From the NCBI GenBank assembly GCA_964022095.1, contig CAXHZO010000002.1, positions 224,001 to 288,000 on the forward strand: a stretch of 64,000 nt of DNA, read 5' to 3'. The notes beneath the pieces are model-generated. The model worked only from the letters and a program-made list of their open reading frames with translations. It did not search any database and had not been told where the DNA came from. Below, in pieces: positions 52,083 to 62,350 of the stretch; the stretch's first letter is position 1, and every line of letters starts with the position of its first letter. This stretch comes from an uncultured Arcobacteraceae bacterium. GTDB lineage: Bacteria; Campylobacterota; Campylobacteria; Campylobacterales; Arcobacteraceae. The position numbers and the translations under genes are program-made.

Positions 52083-52253
52083 AATCCAAGTAGCCGTTAA
52101 CCATCAAACGGCCCACAAAAGGCAATAATAGCAAGTAAGAGATACACTTTAGGAGCAAGAACGCAATGAATCGCTGCACACCATGTATTTACAATTACTC
52201 ACAAAAATACAGTATCGGACCCACAACAATGGAAATCCCGTACTACTTAGATT
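52083..52253 (-). ncRNA. ssrS: 6S RNA (epsilonproteobacterial purD motif)
   Basis: About 170-nt GC-richer intergenic element upstream of purD; ends AATCTAAGTAG and CTACTTGGATT can pair; TAAAAT -10 just upstream. Confidence 0.8.
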
Positions 52254-52294
52254 AGTTTTATTTTATCTAATAATGTTTGAATTTGAGTTTAAAA

Positions 52295-52924
52295 TTATAT
52301 ACTCTTGGCTAGTTTTATACACTCTTGTATAGAAGTTTTTGAACTAATAACAAACTCAACATCTTTTGGAAGGTATTTTGAAGTTGTTTTTCCAATACAA
52401 ACTGCCTTGAAGCTTTTTTCCCATCCATACTGTTCAAAGAAACATTTTATGCTAGAAGGAGATGTAAAGATAAAAATAGAGTTTTTCTCTAAATTGATTT
52501 TTGTTTGATTATTACAAATTGTTTCATAAACAATTACTTCATCTAAAGATATTTTATTTTCAAGTAATATATTTGAAAGATTAGATACCGTTTTTTTTGC
52601 TTTTAAGTATAAAACTTTTTTATTTTTTAAGTGAGGAATCAACTCTTGGGCAAATTCATTACCATGTGAATGTTCACCTACAAACTCAAGTGTTCCACCT
52701 TGTTGTTTTAAAACTTCTGCTGTTTTAGGTGCAATAACATATGAAGGTATATTTTTCCAATCAATATTAAAATGATTTAGTGAATAAATTGCATTTTTTG
52801 AAGTAAAAATTAATGCATCATATTTTAAACAATCAATAAGAGGTTCTAAATATTGAATCTTAAATACTTCTAAATTTATTACATCTTTGTATTTATTATT
52901 TGATAGTAAATATATTTTACTCAT
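52295..52924 (-). CDS. hemD: Uroporphyrinogen-III synthase
   Basis: LIFTSKNA, VYET, FTSPSS, CIGKTT. Confidence 0.92.
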   Translation of the reverse strand: MSKIYLLSNNKYKDVINLEVFKIQYLEPLIDCLKYDALIFTSKNAIYSLNHFNIDWKNIPSYVIAPKTAEVLKQQGGTLEFVGEHSHGNEFAQELIPHLKNKKVLYLKAKKTVSNLSNILLENKISLDEVIVYETICNNQTKINLEKNSIFIFTSPSSIKCFFEQYGWEKSFKAVCIGKTTSKYLPKDVEFVISSKTSIQECIKLAKSI

Positions 52925-54494
52925 ACTTTAAAGAGCTCTTTTGTACATAGTTTGTTGCATCATCAATTGTATGAAACATTTGAATACCTTTAAATAATCC
53001 ATCTATGTCAATATCTATGATACTTCTTTTATGTCTATATTTTAAAACAAGAATAATATCTGAACCTCTATCTTTTAGTTTTTCTATGATGTTCTCAATT
53101 GTGAAAATCGCAGATAAATCAAGTGATTGAGCATTTTTACAATCTAAAATTATTGTTTTTCCACTTTTTATTTTATCTATTTTTTCATCTAAAATAGAAG
53201 CTGTTCCAAAAAATAGTTCACCTGTTATTTTGATGATTTGTGTATCTTGATTATCTAAGTCAATATCAAAAGATGTTTTTGATCTAATTGTTTTTATTTG
53301 AGTGCCTTTTGATACTTTATAAACTGCTAAAATTGATGCAATTGTAATACCTACTCCAACTGCCATAATTAAATCAACGAAAATTGTTAATAAAAATACA
53401 GTAATCATAATAAGTAAATCTCTTTTATTTACTTTATTTACTATTTTTATAAACTTATAATCTAAAATATCAAATCCAACTTTTATTAAAATACCAGAAA
53501 GTACAGCTAATGGGATTTCTGAAGCTAAGGGAGCTAAAAATAAAACTATTATTAAAAGTGTAATAGAGTGAATCATTCCTGATAGTTTGGTAGTTCCTCC
53601 ACTATTGATATTTATCACCGTTCTCATTGTTGCACCAGCACCTGGAATTGCTCCAAAGAATGAACAAATAGCATTACCTATTCCTTGTCCTATTAACTCT
53701 TTATTTGGATTATGTTTTGTTTTTGTTTTATTATCTGCAACAACTGAAGTTAATAAAGAATCAATTGTTCCAAGTAGTGCTAGAGTTATGGATAAAGTAA
53801 TAATATCTTTTAAATTAATAAAATCAATAGAAAAAGGAAGAATTAAATCAGGGATTTCCATAGGAATTTCTCCTATTTTTGCTATATTAAACTGCATATA
53901 ATATGAAAAATAGGTAATTGCAATAAGTGCTATTAAAGCAGGTGGAACAACTTTTGTAATCTTCTTAGGAGTTAAGAACATAATTAACAGAGTTAATGAT
54001 GCAACAATTAAAGCATCATAATTTATATGTTGAATTGAATCAAAAAGATTTATAAGTGTTAAAACAATTGAAGGTTGTGAATCAACACCTAAAAAAGGGT
54101 TTAATTGTAAAATTATGATAATTACACCAACTCCACTCATGAAACCTGAGATTACAGGATAAGGAATAAATTGAACCCATTTACCTATTCTAATCATTGC
54201 AAATGATATTTGAATAAGTCCAGATAAAAATATAACTGTCATTACAGTATTAAAATCCCCTGGAAAAGTAGCTACTGCAGTTGCAGTAATAACTGTCATT
54301 GGACCAGTAGGACCAGAAATTTGAGTAGAGGTTCCTCCAAAAAGTGCTGCAAAGAAACCTAATATAATTGCACCGTATAAACCAGCGATTGCACCAGCAC
54401 CACTTGCAACACCAAATGCTAAGGCTAAAGGAAGAGCAACAACAGCAGCTGTAATACCTGCAAAAATATCATTTTTTATTGTAACACTGTTCAA
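52917..54494 (-). CDS. SulP family anion (bicarbonate/sulfate) transporter with STAS domain
   Basis: DIFAGITAAVVALPLALAFG, ISGPTG, GAGATMRT, LFFGT. Confidence 0.94.
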   Translation of the reverse strand: MNSVTIKNDIFAGITAAVVALPLALAFGVASGAGAIAGLYGAIILGFFAALFGGTSTQISGPTGPMTVITATAVATFPGDFNTVMTVIFLSGLIQISFAMIRIGKWVQFIPYPVISGFMSGVGVIIIILQLNPFLGVDSQPSIVLTLINLFDSIQHINYDALIVASLTLLIMFLTPKKITKVVPPALIALIAITYFSYYMQFNIAKIGEIPMEIPDLILPFSIDFINLKDIITLSITLALLGTIDSLLTSVVADNKTKTKHNPNKELIGQGIGNAICSFFGAIPGAGATMRTVININSGGTTKLSGMIHSITLLIIVLFLAPLASEIPLAVLSGILIKVGFDILDYKFIKIVNKVNKRDLLIMITVFLLTIFVDLIMAVGVGITIASILAVYKVSKGTQIKTIRSKTSFDIDLDNQDTQIIKITGELFFGTASILDEKIDKIKSGKTIILDCKNAQSLDLSAIFTIENIIEKLKDRGSDIILVLKYRHKRSIIDIDIDGLFKGIQMFHTIDDATNYVQKSSLKYE

Positions 54495-54516
54495 AAGTTT
54501 CTCTCCTTTTTTTGTT

Positions 54517-55938
54517 TTAATCTAAAAGGTCTAAATATTCCTCTTCATCAACTATATTGTCTTTTTTACCTCTAGCAATGATATGAATTGGAGTTCCCTC
54601 GAAATTAAATCTACTTCTAAAGAAATTAATTAAATATCTTTTATAAGAGAAGTGTAGAAGTTTAGGTTTATTCATAATTAATGCAATTTTTGGTGGTCTA
54701 TTACTAAATTGTGTAGCATAGTAAATTCTTAAATATGCACCGTTTGGACTTGGAAGAGCATGTCTAATAACTGCATCTTCAACAGTTTTATGAAGTTGAG
54801 ATGTTGGGATTCTTTGTGAATAGTTTTCAAAAATCTCAATTAATTTTTCTTTTAACCTATCAATACTTCTTCCCGTTTTTGCAGAAACAGCAATAATTGG
54901 AGCATAGTAAAGAAATTTAAATCTTCCTCTAACTGCTTTTTCCATTTTTTCAAATGTCTCCATATTCTCATCCCATTTATTTAAAACGATGATTGTTCCT
55001 AATGCATACTGATCAACTAATCCAGCAATTTTTTCATCTTGGTCTGATAAATCTTTTGATGCATCTAATACAACTAATGCAAGGTTTGCTTTTTCAAGCA
55101 TCTCTTTTGTTCTCATTAATGCGTATTTTTCAATACCTTCAATTTTACCTTTTCTTCTAAGCCCTGCTGTATCAACAAAAGTAATATTTTTATCTGCATA
55201 TTCAAAAGATTCATCAACTGGATCAATAGTAGTTCCTGCAATTTCAGAAACTACAGATCTTTCTTGGCCTACGATAGCATTTAGTATAGAAGATTTTCCA
55301 ACATTTACTTTTCCAATGATTGCAACTTTGATATTTCTATCATCTACAAACTTTTCTTCTACTTCTTCCTCATCATATAAAAGTTCATCTTCATTTTCAT
55401 CAGTAACTTCGTTATTGATTATTTCAATATTAGGTGGAAGATGATCATAAATCCAATCAAATAAATCCTTTGTTCCTCTATTATGTGAAACAGATATTCC
55501 AAATAGGTTTTCATCACCTACTCCAAATTCAAAGAATTCCCATAATCTTTCTTTTTCTTTATCATTATCGATTTTATTTACAACTAATGCTAACTCTTTT
55601 CCTAATCGTTGAAGCTCATAAAATAGTTCTTTATCTTTATCATCTGGTATGTTTTTACCATCTACCATAAAAAGTATTATATCAGCCTCTTTCGCTGTTT
55701 CAATTGCTTTTCTTTTTACGTTTGAAAATATTGCATCATCTGTATCATCAATACCACCAGTATCAAGCATAAGTGCTGGTCTATCTATAATATCAACTTG
55801 GTGTTTCTTAATGTCTCTTGTTGTTCCAGCTAAATCTGAAACAATAGCTATTCTTTGTTTTGCAATTCTATTAAATAGAGATGATTTTCCGACATTTGGT
55901 TGACCAATAAGTGCAATTTTTTTAAGTGAGTTGTTCAT
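54517..55938 (-). CDS. der: Ribosome biogenesis GTPase Der (EngA)
   Basis: Two G domains (GQPNVGKS, GKVNVGKS), DTGG/DTAG, FEGTP. Confidence 0.97.
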   Translation of the reverse strand: MNNSLKKIALIGQPNVGKSSLFNRIAKQRIAIVSDLAGTTRDIKKHQVDIIDRPALMLDTGGIDDTDDAIFSNVKRKAIETAKEADIILFMVDGKNIPDDKDKELFYELQRLGKELALVVNKIDNDKEKERLWEFFEFGVGDENLFGISVSHNRGTKDLFDWIYDHLPPNIEIINNEVTDENEDELLYDEEEVEEKFVDDRNIKVAIIGKVNVGKSSILNAIVGQERSVVSEIAGTTIDPVDESFEYADKNITFVDTAGLRRKGKIEGIEKYALMRTKEMLEKANLALVVLDASKDLSDQDEKIAGLVDQYALGTIIVLNKWDENMETFEKMEKAVRGRFKFLYYAPIIAVSAKTGRSIDRLKEKLIEIFENYSQRIPTSQLHKTVEDAVIRHALPSPNGAYLRIYYATQFSNRPPKIALIMNKPKLLHFSYKRYLINFFRSRFNFEGTPIHIIARGKKDNIVDEEEYLDLLD

Positions 55939-55974
55939 TTATGTTTAAAATCCTATTACGTTAGTATAAATTAA

Positions 55975-56009
55975 AAAAGGTATTAGCCATATTATAGCTA
56001 ATACCTTTT
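55975..56009 (-). terminator. Rho-independent terminator after hpf
   Basis: AAAAGGTATTAGC-loop-GCTAATACCTTTT. Confidence 0.8.
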
Positions 56010-56029
56010 AAAGAAGCAAAAATTATAGA

Positions 56030-56572
56030 TTAATATAATCCAAATTTACCTTCTTTTGAGCTTTTATATAATACTCTCATATTATCATCTTTATCATAGA
56101 ATACTTTAAATACTGCATCTGAATCTTTTAATTCATCTAGTGCTTCTTCAATATCCATTGGTTTATAAGAGCTTAATCTTGCAGGAGCAATTTCATCTTC
56201 AAATTTTTCTAATTCTAAAGCAATTTGATCTTCAACTTCAGCTGCAACAACTTCAGTTAGTTTTGTAGCTTTATGTGTAGCGATTTTGTCGTGGTGTCTT
56301 CTTAACACTTTACAAACTCTATCTACTGCAATATCAATTGCTGAATATAAATCTTTATCTTTTTGTTTAACTACAATTGTATCTAAGTGAGCAACATTTA
56401 ATGTGAATTCAAAACTGAATGCTTTTTTACCATGTTTCTCTTCTTGTGAAATAATTGAATTTACAGAAATAATATCTAAGTTGTATTTTCTAAACGCTTC
56501 AATTGAACTGTTAATATACTCTTTGATTGGATCTGTTAAATCTATGTGTCTTCCTACAATACCTGTATTCAT
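56030..56572 (-). CDS. hpf: Ribosome hibernation promoting factor (long type)
   Basis: GRHIDLT, DLYSAIDIAVD, KPMDIEEA, C-terminal GKFGL. Confidence 0.93.
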   Translation of the reverse strand: MNTGIVGRHIDLTDPIKEYINSSIEAFRKYNLDIISVNSIISQEEKHGKKAFSFEFTLNVAHLDTIVVKQKDKDLYSAIDIAVDRVCKVLRRHHDKIATHKATKLTEVVAAEVEDQIALELEKFEDEIAPARLSSYKPMDIEEALDELKDSDAVFKVFYDKDDNMRVLYKSSKEGKFGLY

Positions 56573-56764
56573 GACAAACTCCTTCTGTTAAATTTAATTA
56601 ATTGTATCACATGTAATATTAAACTAATAAAAAAGTGTGTAAAAATAACCCAATTAAAAACTAGTAAATAACTAAAAATTCGTAGAAATTTAGTTATTTC
56701 TTTAAATTTTTAGTTTTTTAAGCTTTAAATAAAAGATTTATCTAAGATTAGTATCTTATGAAAT

Positions 56765-59002
56765 TTATACTAGGATTTCTCTATTACCCTTAGCATTTGC
56801 TTCTGATAAAACTCCTGTTTGCTCTAATTGCTCTACAATAGTTGCTGCACGGTTATAACCGATTCTTAGTTTTCTTTGAATATATGAAATAGATGTTTTC
56901 TTATCTGTTAAAACAACTTGTTTTGCATCTTCATAAAGTTCATCTACATCACCAAGTTCAGCATTAGAAGAGGTTGCACCTAAACTAGATGAGTTAACAT
57001 CTTTTATGAAATTCATATCATATTGCACTTCTCTTTGTGCTTTTAAGAAGTCAACAACTTTTTCAATTTCATCTTCTGTTGACCAAGGTGCATGAATTCT
57101 AACAAGCCCAGACATACCAGGAGGTGTAAATAACATATCTCCACGTCCTAGTAATGACTCAGCTCCCATAGAATCTAAAATGATTTTAGAATCAACTTTT
57201 TGCCCTACTTTGTAAGATAATCTACTTGGTAGATTTGCTTTAATCAAACCTGTAACAACATCAACTGATGGTCTTTGAGTAGCAACAATTAAGTGAATAC
57301 CAGAAGCTCTTGCCATTTGTGCAAGTCTTGCAATAGAGTACTCAACATCTTTACCACTAGTCATCATAAGGTCAGCTAACTCATCAATAACAACAACAAT
57401 ATAAGGGAACTTTTCATATCTCTCTTTTTTTGCTTTTTCATTGTAGTTTTCAATATTTTTAGTTTTAGTTTTTGACATTAAAGTGTAACGTCTTTCCATT
57501 TCTGCAACCATGTTTGATAAAGCATTAATTGCATCACCTGCTTTTGTAATAACAGGAGTTAATAAATGAGGAATATCATTATACATAGAAAATTCAAGCA
57601 TTTTTGGATCAATCATAACTAGTTTTAAGTTATCTGGTGAGTTTTTATAAAGCAGTGATAAAATCATTGAATTAATACCCACAGATTTACCAGAACCAGT
57701 AGTTCCTGCTATTAATAAGTGTGGAAGCTTTTTTAAATCAGTAATAAATGGTTTTCCAACAATATCTTTACCTAAAATCATTGTTAAAGGTGATTTAGAA
57801 TTTTGGAAAATTTCACTATCTAACATATCTCTTAAAAAGATTGTTTGAGTGTCATCATTTGGTACTTCAATACCAACAACATCTTTTCCTGGAATTGGAG
57901 CTTGAATTCTTATTGTTTGAGCTCTAAGTGCCATAGCTAAATCATCTTGTAAGTTTAAAATTTTAGATACCTTTACATTAGGTGCAGGTTTAAACTCAAA
58001 AGTTGTAACTACAGGACCTGTATAAGTTCTTACCACATCTCCATCAATTTTAAACATTGAAAGTTTATCTAATAAATCTGCAATTTTTTGATCTATAAAG
58101 TTTTCAGAAACTTTTGATTTTTTCTCTTTTGGTGCTGCTTGAAAAAATGATGTTGGTGGAAGTTCAAAGTCTCTAGGTTTTTCTGTTTGACCAATTTCTA
58201 TGTCTTCTAAAAGTTTTCTATTTTCTTCTAATTCATCAACTATTACACTGTGTTTTTCTTCAGTTTGTATTTCTAAAGTTTCTTCTTCAACAATAGGTTC
58301 AATTACTGGTGTTTGTGTTGTATCTTCTTCTTTTATTGGCTCTATATTATATTCTTGAGTATCAAATAAAGAAGTATCATTTTGTTTTTTAGTTGGTTGA
58401 TCTAGTTTCTCATTTATACTATTAATTATTGTCTCTGGTGTTTCTTCAGTAGTTGTAGTAGAAACATCATTTCTTTTTTCTCTTTTTTTAGAAGGTTTAT
58501 TTTCGATTTTTTTAATATCAATACTATTTTTTAATTTTATTTTACTTTTTAAATTTTTCTTGATACTTGATACATCTAAATCAGAATTTTCATATAAAAC
58601 GATTCCAGATATGATAAAACCAATTAAAACAAAGATATATAAACCTGCTACACCAATAACAGGTGCTAAAGTATCCACAAGTATATTTCCAATTTCACCT
58701 GCATTATAAGGGTTTGTAACAACTAATGCTTGAAAAATTAAAGAGACAAATAAAACTAATACAACTATAAGAATATTTACTAATAAGTCTTTAATTTCAA
58801 TATTCTTTTTAAAATTGTATATGTATAATGGATATAAAAATAGTAACAAGTATACATAAGATAGGTATCCAAAATATTTATGAGAAAATGCAGAAAATCC
58901 ATTCCCAACATTTCCAACTATATTTTTACTACTTTCAAATGCTGAAAATTCAAAATAAACTATTATAAATAGTAAGATTAGTGATATGATTTTTTTAGCT
59001 AT
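56765..59002 (-). CDS. ftsK: DNA translocase FtsK (frame open 51 codons upstream of the ORF-track start at 58849)
   Basis: GPVVT, PHLLIAGTTGSGKS, IDELADLMM, ATQRPS, gamma domain IQRKLRIGYNRAA. Confidence 0.93.
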   Translation of the reverse strand: MAKKIISLILLFIIVYFEFSAFESSKNIVGNVGNGFSAFSHKYFGYLSYVYLLLFLYPLYIYNFKKNIEIKDLLVNILIVVLVLFVSLIFQALVVTNPYNAGEIGNILVDTLAPVIGVAGLYIFVLIGFIISGIVLYENSDLDVSSIKKNLKSKIKLKNSIDIKKIENKPSKKREKRNDVSTTTTEETPETIINSINEKLDQPTKKQNDTSLFDTQEYNIEPIKEEDTTQTPVIEPIVEEETLEIQTEEKHSVIVDELEENRKLLEDIEIGQTEKPRDFELPPTSFFQAAPKEKKSKVSENFIDQKIADLLDKLSMFKIDGDVVRTYTGPVVTTFEFKPAPNVKVSKILNLQDDLAMALRAQTIRIQAPIPGKDVVGIEVPNDDTQTIFLRDMLDSEIFQNSKSPLTMILGKDIVGKPFITDLKKLPHLLIAGTTGSGKSVGINSMILSLLYKNSPDNLKLVMIDPKMLEFSMYNDIPHLLTPVITKAGDAINALSNMVAEMERRYTLMSKTKTKNIENYNEKAKKERYEKFPYIVVVIDELADLMMTSGKDVEYSIARLAQMARASGIHLIVATQRPSVDVVTGLIKANLPSRLSYKVGQKVDSKIILDSMGAESLLGRGDMLFTPPGMSGLVRIHAPWSTEDEIEKVVDFLKAQREVQYDMNFIKDVNSSSLGATSSNAELGDVDELYEDAKQVVLTDKKTSISYIQRKLRIGYNRAATIVEQLEQTGVLSEANAKGNREILV

Positions 59003-59016
59003 TTTAAACCCTTTTT

Positions 59017-59964
59017 TTATTTAAGTAGTTTCGCGATTCTTCCTTGTAGTCTAAGCCATTGTCTATGCTCAATTAAAGGAAAACCTGCCCATTGTTTTTT
59101 AGGCTCTGTGATTGATTTAGTAACACCACCACGTGCTGCAATTGTTGTAAATGGAGCAATCTCTAGATGACCTGCTGTTGCACTTTGTCCACCCATAATT
59201 ACATATTGATTTAGTGTAGTTGAACCAGATAGTCCAACTTGTCCAGTTAAAATACAACCCGTTGCTAATTTACAGTTATGCCCAATATGAACTAAGTTAT
59301 CGATTCTAACACCATTTTCAATGATAGTTGATTTAAATACTGCTCTATCAACTGCACTATTTGCCCCAATTTCTACATCATCACTAATAATTACATTACC
59401 ATTTTGATAAATTTTAATATATTTACCCTCTTTAGTATTAGCAAAACCAAAACCATCACTACCTATAACCGTTCCTGCATGTATTATACAATCACTACCG
59501 ATTTGACAGTCTCTATATATTGAAACATTTGGATAGATAATTGTGTTATCTCCAATTGTTACATTATCACCAATAAATGCACCAGCCATAATAGTACAAT
59601 CTCTACCAATAACTGAGTCTTTACCTATATAAACATTAGGCATAACTTTTGTTCCATTACCTATTAAAGGTTTTTCTCCCTCAAGTTCGATAATATTTGG
59701 TGCAAATAGTTTACTTATTTTTGCTAAATTTAAATAAGGCTCATCACAAACAATAGCTACAGTATTAGCTGGAACTTTTGAAGCGTGCTCTTTTGAAATT
59801 AAGACTGCTGCTGCTTTTGTATTCTCTAAATCATTTAAATATTTTTTGTTTTCTAAGAAAGTTAATTCATTTTCATTTGAATCAGTTAGTGTATTTAGAC
59901 CACTAATTTCGACTTGGCTATCAATTTCTAAATCAATTGATTTTGCAATCTCACTAAGAGTCAT
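59017..59964 (-). CDS. lpxD: UDP-3-O-acyl-glucosamine N-acyltransferase
   Basis: Hexapeptide repeats, IGSDGFGFA, IDNLVHIGHNC. Confidence 0.96.
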   Translation of the reverse strand: MTLSEIAKSIDLEIDSQVEISGLNTLTDSNENELTFLENKKYLNDLENTKAAAVLISKEHASKVPANTVAIVCDEPYLNLAKISKLFAPNIIELEGEKPLIGNGTKVMPNVYIGKDSVIGRDCTIMAGAFIGDNVTIGDNTIIYPNVSIYRDCQIGSDCIIHAGTVIGSDGFGFANTKEGKYIKIYQNGNVIISDDVEIGANSAVDRAVFKSTIIENGVRIDNLVHIGHNCKLATGCILTGQVGLSGSTTLNQYVIMGGQSATAGHLEIAPFTTIAARGGVTKSITEPKKQWAGFPLIEHRQWLRLQGRIAKLLK

Positions 59965-60004
59965 TTGTATTCCTTTTTATGAAGGAAAAGATAAGAAGTT
60001 TTTC

Positions 60005-60502
60005 TTATCTTTCCATTGCAACAATACCACTTCTAACGACTTCAAGTGGATTGAATTTTTGCATTACTTTTATAAAATTCATGATTCTAGAACTAGAATC
60101 AGTAGCAGATACGATAATTGAATCATCTGTAACATTTTGAATAGAACCATGATAGGCTCTTGCTATTACGTCAATATCTGATAAGTTATTATCTATTGAA
60201 AATTTCATTAAAACAGTATCTTTTTCAATTACATTTCTGTGTTCATTTACTTTTAAAACAGGAATTAACTTATTTAATTGTTTAACAATTTGATCAATTA
60301 CTCTTTTATCTCCAGTTGTAACAATAGTCATTCTTGAATATTGTGTTTCTTCAACTGGGGCTACAGTTAATGAGTCAATGTTATATCCTCTTGCAGAAAA
60401 TAGTCCTACAATTCTTGATAAAACGTTGTGTTCATTTAAAACAATTACTGAGATAACCTGTCTTGTTGTTTCTGAATCATAATAGTGATTAAAATTATTC
60501 AT
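60005..60502 (-). CDS. ilvH: Acetolactate synthase small subunit
   Basis: VLSRIVGLFSARGYNIDSL, KQLNKL. Confidence 0.95.
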   Translation of the reverse strand: MNNFNHYYDSETTRQVISVIVLNEHNVLSRIVGLFSARGYNIDSLTVAPVEETQYSRMTIVTTGDKRVIDQIVKQLNKLIPVLKVNEHRNVIEKDTVLMKFSIDNNLSDIDVIARAYHGSIQNVTDDSIIVSATDSSSRIMNFIKVMQKFNPLEVVRSGIVAMER

Positions 60503-62199
60503 TAGTTACCTCCTTCAATTAAAGTCATTTCATTTAATGCATGACCATTTGGTACCATTGGTAATACCTCTTCATCTCTTGCAACAATTACTTCAATCAT
60601 TGCTGGTTTTCTCTTCTCTACTGCATCTTTTAATGCTGCATCAAATTCTTCTTTGTTTGTTACTCTATATCCAAGTCCTCCAAATGCTTCAATTAGCATT
60701 TTAAAGTCAGGTTGTGCAGTTAAATCAGTTTCAGATAATCTATTTGCATAGAACATCGTTTGCCACTGTCTTACCATACCAAGATAGTTATTATTTAATA
60801 TAATATTAATTACTGGTAATTCATACTCAACACAAGTCATTAACTCTTGAATATTCATTAAAATTGAACCATCACCAGTGAAGTTAACAGAAACTTTATT
60901 AGTATCTTTTAAAGCTCTTGCAACACCCATTGCTGCAGGAAGTCCAAATCCCATAGTTCCTAAACCACCAGAAGTTATCCATTGTCTTGGATATGAAAAT
61001 GGATAAAATTGTGCAGTCCACATTTGGTGTTGTCCAACATCAGTTGAAACAACTGCTCTTTCTCCAAGTAGTTGACCTACTCTTTCAATTGGCCATTGTG
61101 GTTTGATTACTTCATTTGAATCAATATATCTTAATGGCTCTTTTTCTCTATAGTCAGTTAATAACTCAACCCAGTTTGTATAATCATTGAAATCATTGTC
61201 ATTTACTGCTTCAATCATTGCTTCAACAGTAAGTTTTAAATCTCCAACAATTGGATAATCAGGTGTAACTAACTTTCCTATAGATGTTGGGTCAATGTCA
61301 ACATGAATTACTTTTGCTTTTGAAGCAAATTCATCAAGTCTTCCTGTAACCCTATCATCAAATCTAGCACCTAGTGAAATTAAAAGATCTGTTTCATAAG
61401 CTGCCATATTTGCAGCAAATTCACCATGCATACCAAGCATACCAAAGAATAATGGATTTTCATCTCCCATTACACCTCTTGCCATTAGTGTTTCAACAGC
61501 TGGTATATTTAGCTTCTTAGCTAATTCTCTAATTTCATAACCACAATTAGATAAAATTGCTCCACCACCAATGTATAATAATGGTTTTTTAGCATTTGAA
61601 ATAGCAGTCATAGCTTTTTTCAATTGTCTTTTATTGTAATTAATTGTTGGTTTATAAGTTGGTAAATTAATCTCTTTTGGGTAATTAAACTCAGCTAGTT
61701 CAGCTGTGATATCTTTTGGGATATCAACGTGAACTGGTCCAGGTCTACCCGTACTTGCTATATGAAACGCCTCTTTAATAATTCTTGGTAAGTCTTCAAT
61801 TGAATTAACTAAATAGTTATGTTTAGTACAAGGTCTTGAAATACCAACAGCATCAATCTCTTGGAAACCATCTGTTCCTATGATACTAGTTGGAACTTGC
61901 CCTGATATAACAACTAAAGGTATTGAATCCATGTATGCATCGGCTAAACCAGTAACTGCATTTGTAAATCCAGGTCCAGAAGTTACAATTGAAACTCCTG
62001 TTTTCCCCGTTGATCTTGCATAACCTTCAGCTGCAATAATTGAAGCTTGTTCGTGTCTATTCAGAATGTGTTGAAAATAATTTTGTTTATATATTTCATC
62101 GTAGACGTTCATAATAGCGCCTCCAGGGTATCCGAATACTACTTCTACCCCTTCTTGATGTAATGATTCTACAACCATTTGTGCGCCAGTCATCTTCAT
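60502..62199 (-). CDS. ilvI: Acetolactate synthase large subunit
   Basis: FGYPGGA, RHEQ, FDDRVTG, DVGQHQMW, GDGS..N. Confidence 0.95.
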   Translation of the reverse strand: MKMTGAQMVVESLHQEGVEVVFGYPGGAIMNVYDEIYKQNYFQHILNRHEQASIIAAEGYARSTGKTGVSIVTSGPGFTNAVTGLADAYMDSIPLVVISGQVPTSIIGTDGFQEIDAVGISRPCTKHNYLVNSIEDLPRIIKEAFHIASTGRPGPVHVDIPKDITAELAEFNYPKEINLPTYKPTINYNKRQLKKAMTAISNAKKPLLYIGGGAILSNCGYEIRELAKKLNIPAVETLMARGVMGDENPLFFGMLGMHGEFAANMAAYETDLLISLGARFDDRVTGRLDEFASKAKVIHVDIDPTSIGKLVTPDYPIVGDLKLTVEAMIEAVNDNDFNDYTNWVELLTDYREKEPLRYIDSNEVIKPQWPIERVGQLLGERAVVSTDVGQHQMWTAQFYPFSYPRQWITSGGLGTMGFGLPAAMGVARALKDTNKVSVNFTGDGSILMNIQELMTCVEYELPVINIILNNNYLGMVRQWQTMFYANRLSETDLTAQPDFKMLIEAFGGLGYRVTNKEEFDAALKDAVEKRKPAMIEVIVARDEEVLPMVPNGHALNEMTLIEGGN

Positions 62200-62350
62200 A
62201 ATAAAACTCCGTTAATCTAAAATAAGACAATATTTTACTAAAAATATAATTAATTTTGTATTAACGAAAAATAGGTAGTTTTGGGATTTTAGGATAGATT
62301 TAGTTTAAGTTAAATATAATTTAAATAATTTAAGAAAAAAGGAGAGCGAA

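Noticed and set aside
52083-52253. Purine/ZTP riboswitch upstream of purD
   Set aside because: No purine or ZTP aptamer consensus recognised; the closed rod-like ends fit 6S RNA better.
62200-62350. Attenuator or leader peptide for ilvIH
   Set aside because: No Ile/Leu/Val-rich leader with a terminator hairpin recognisable.
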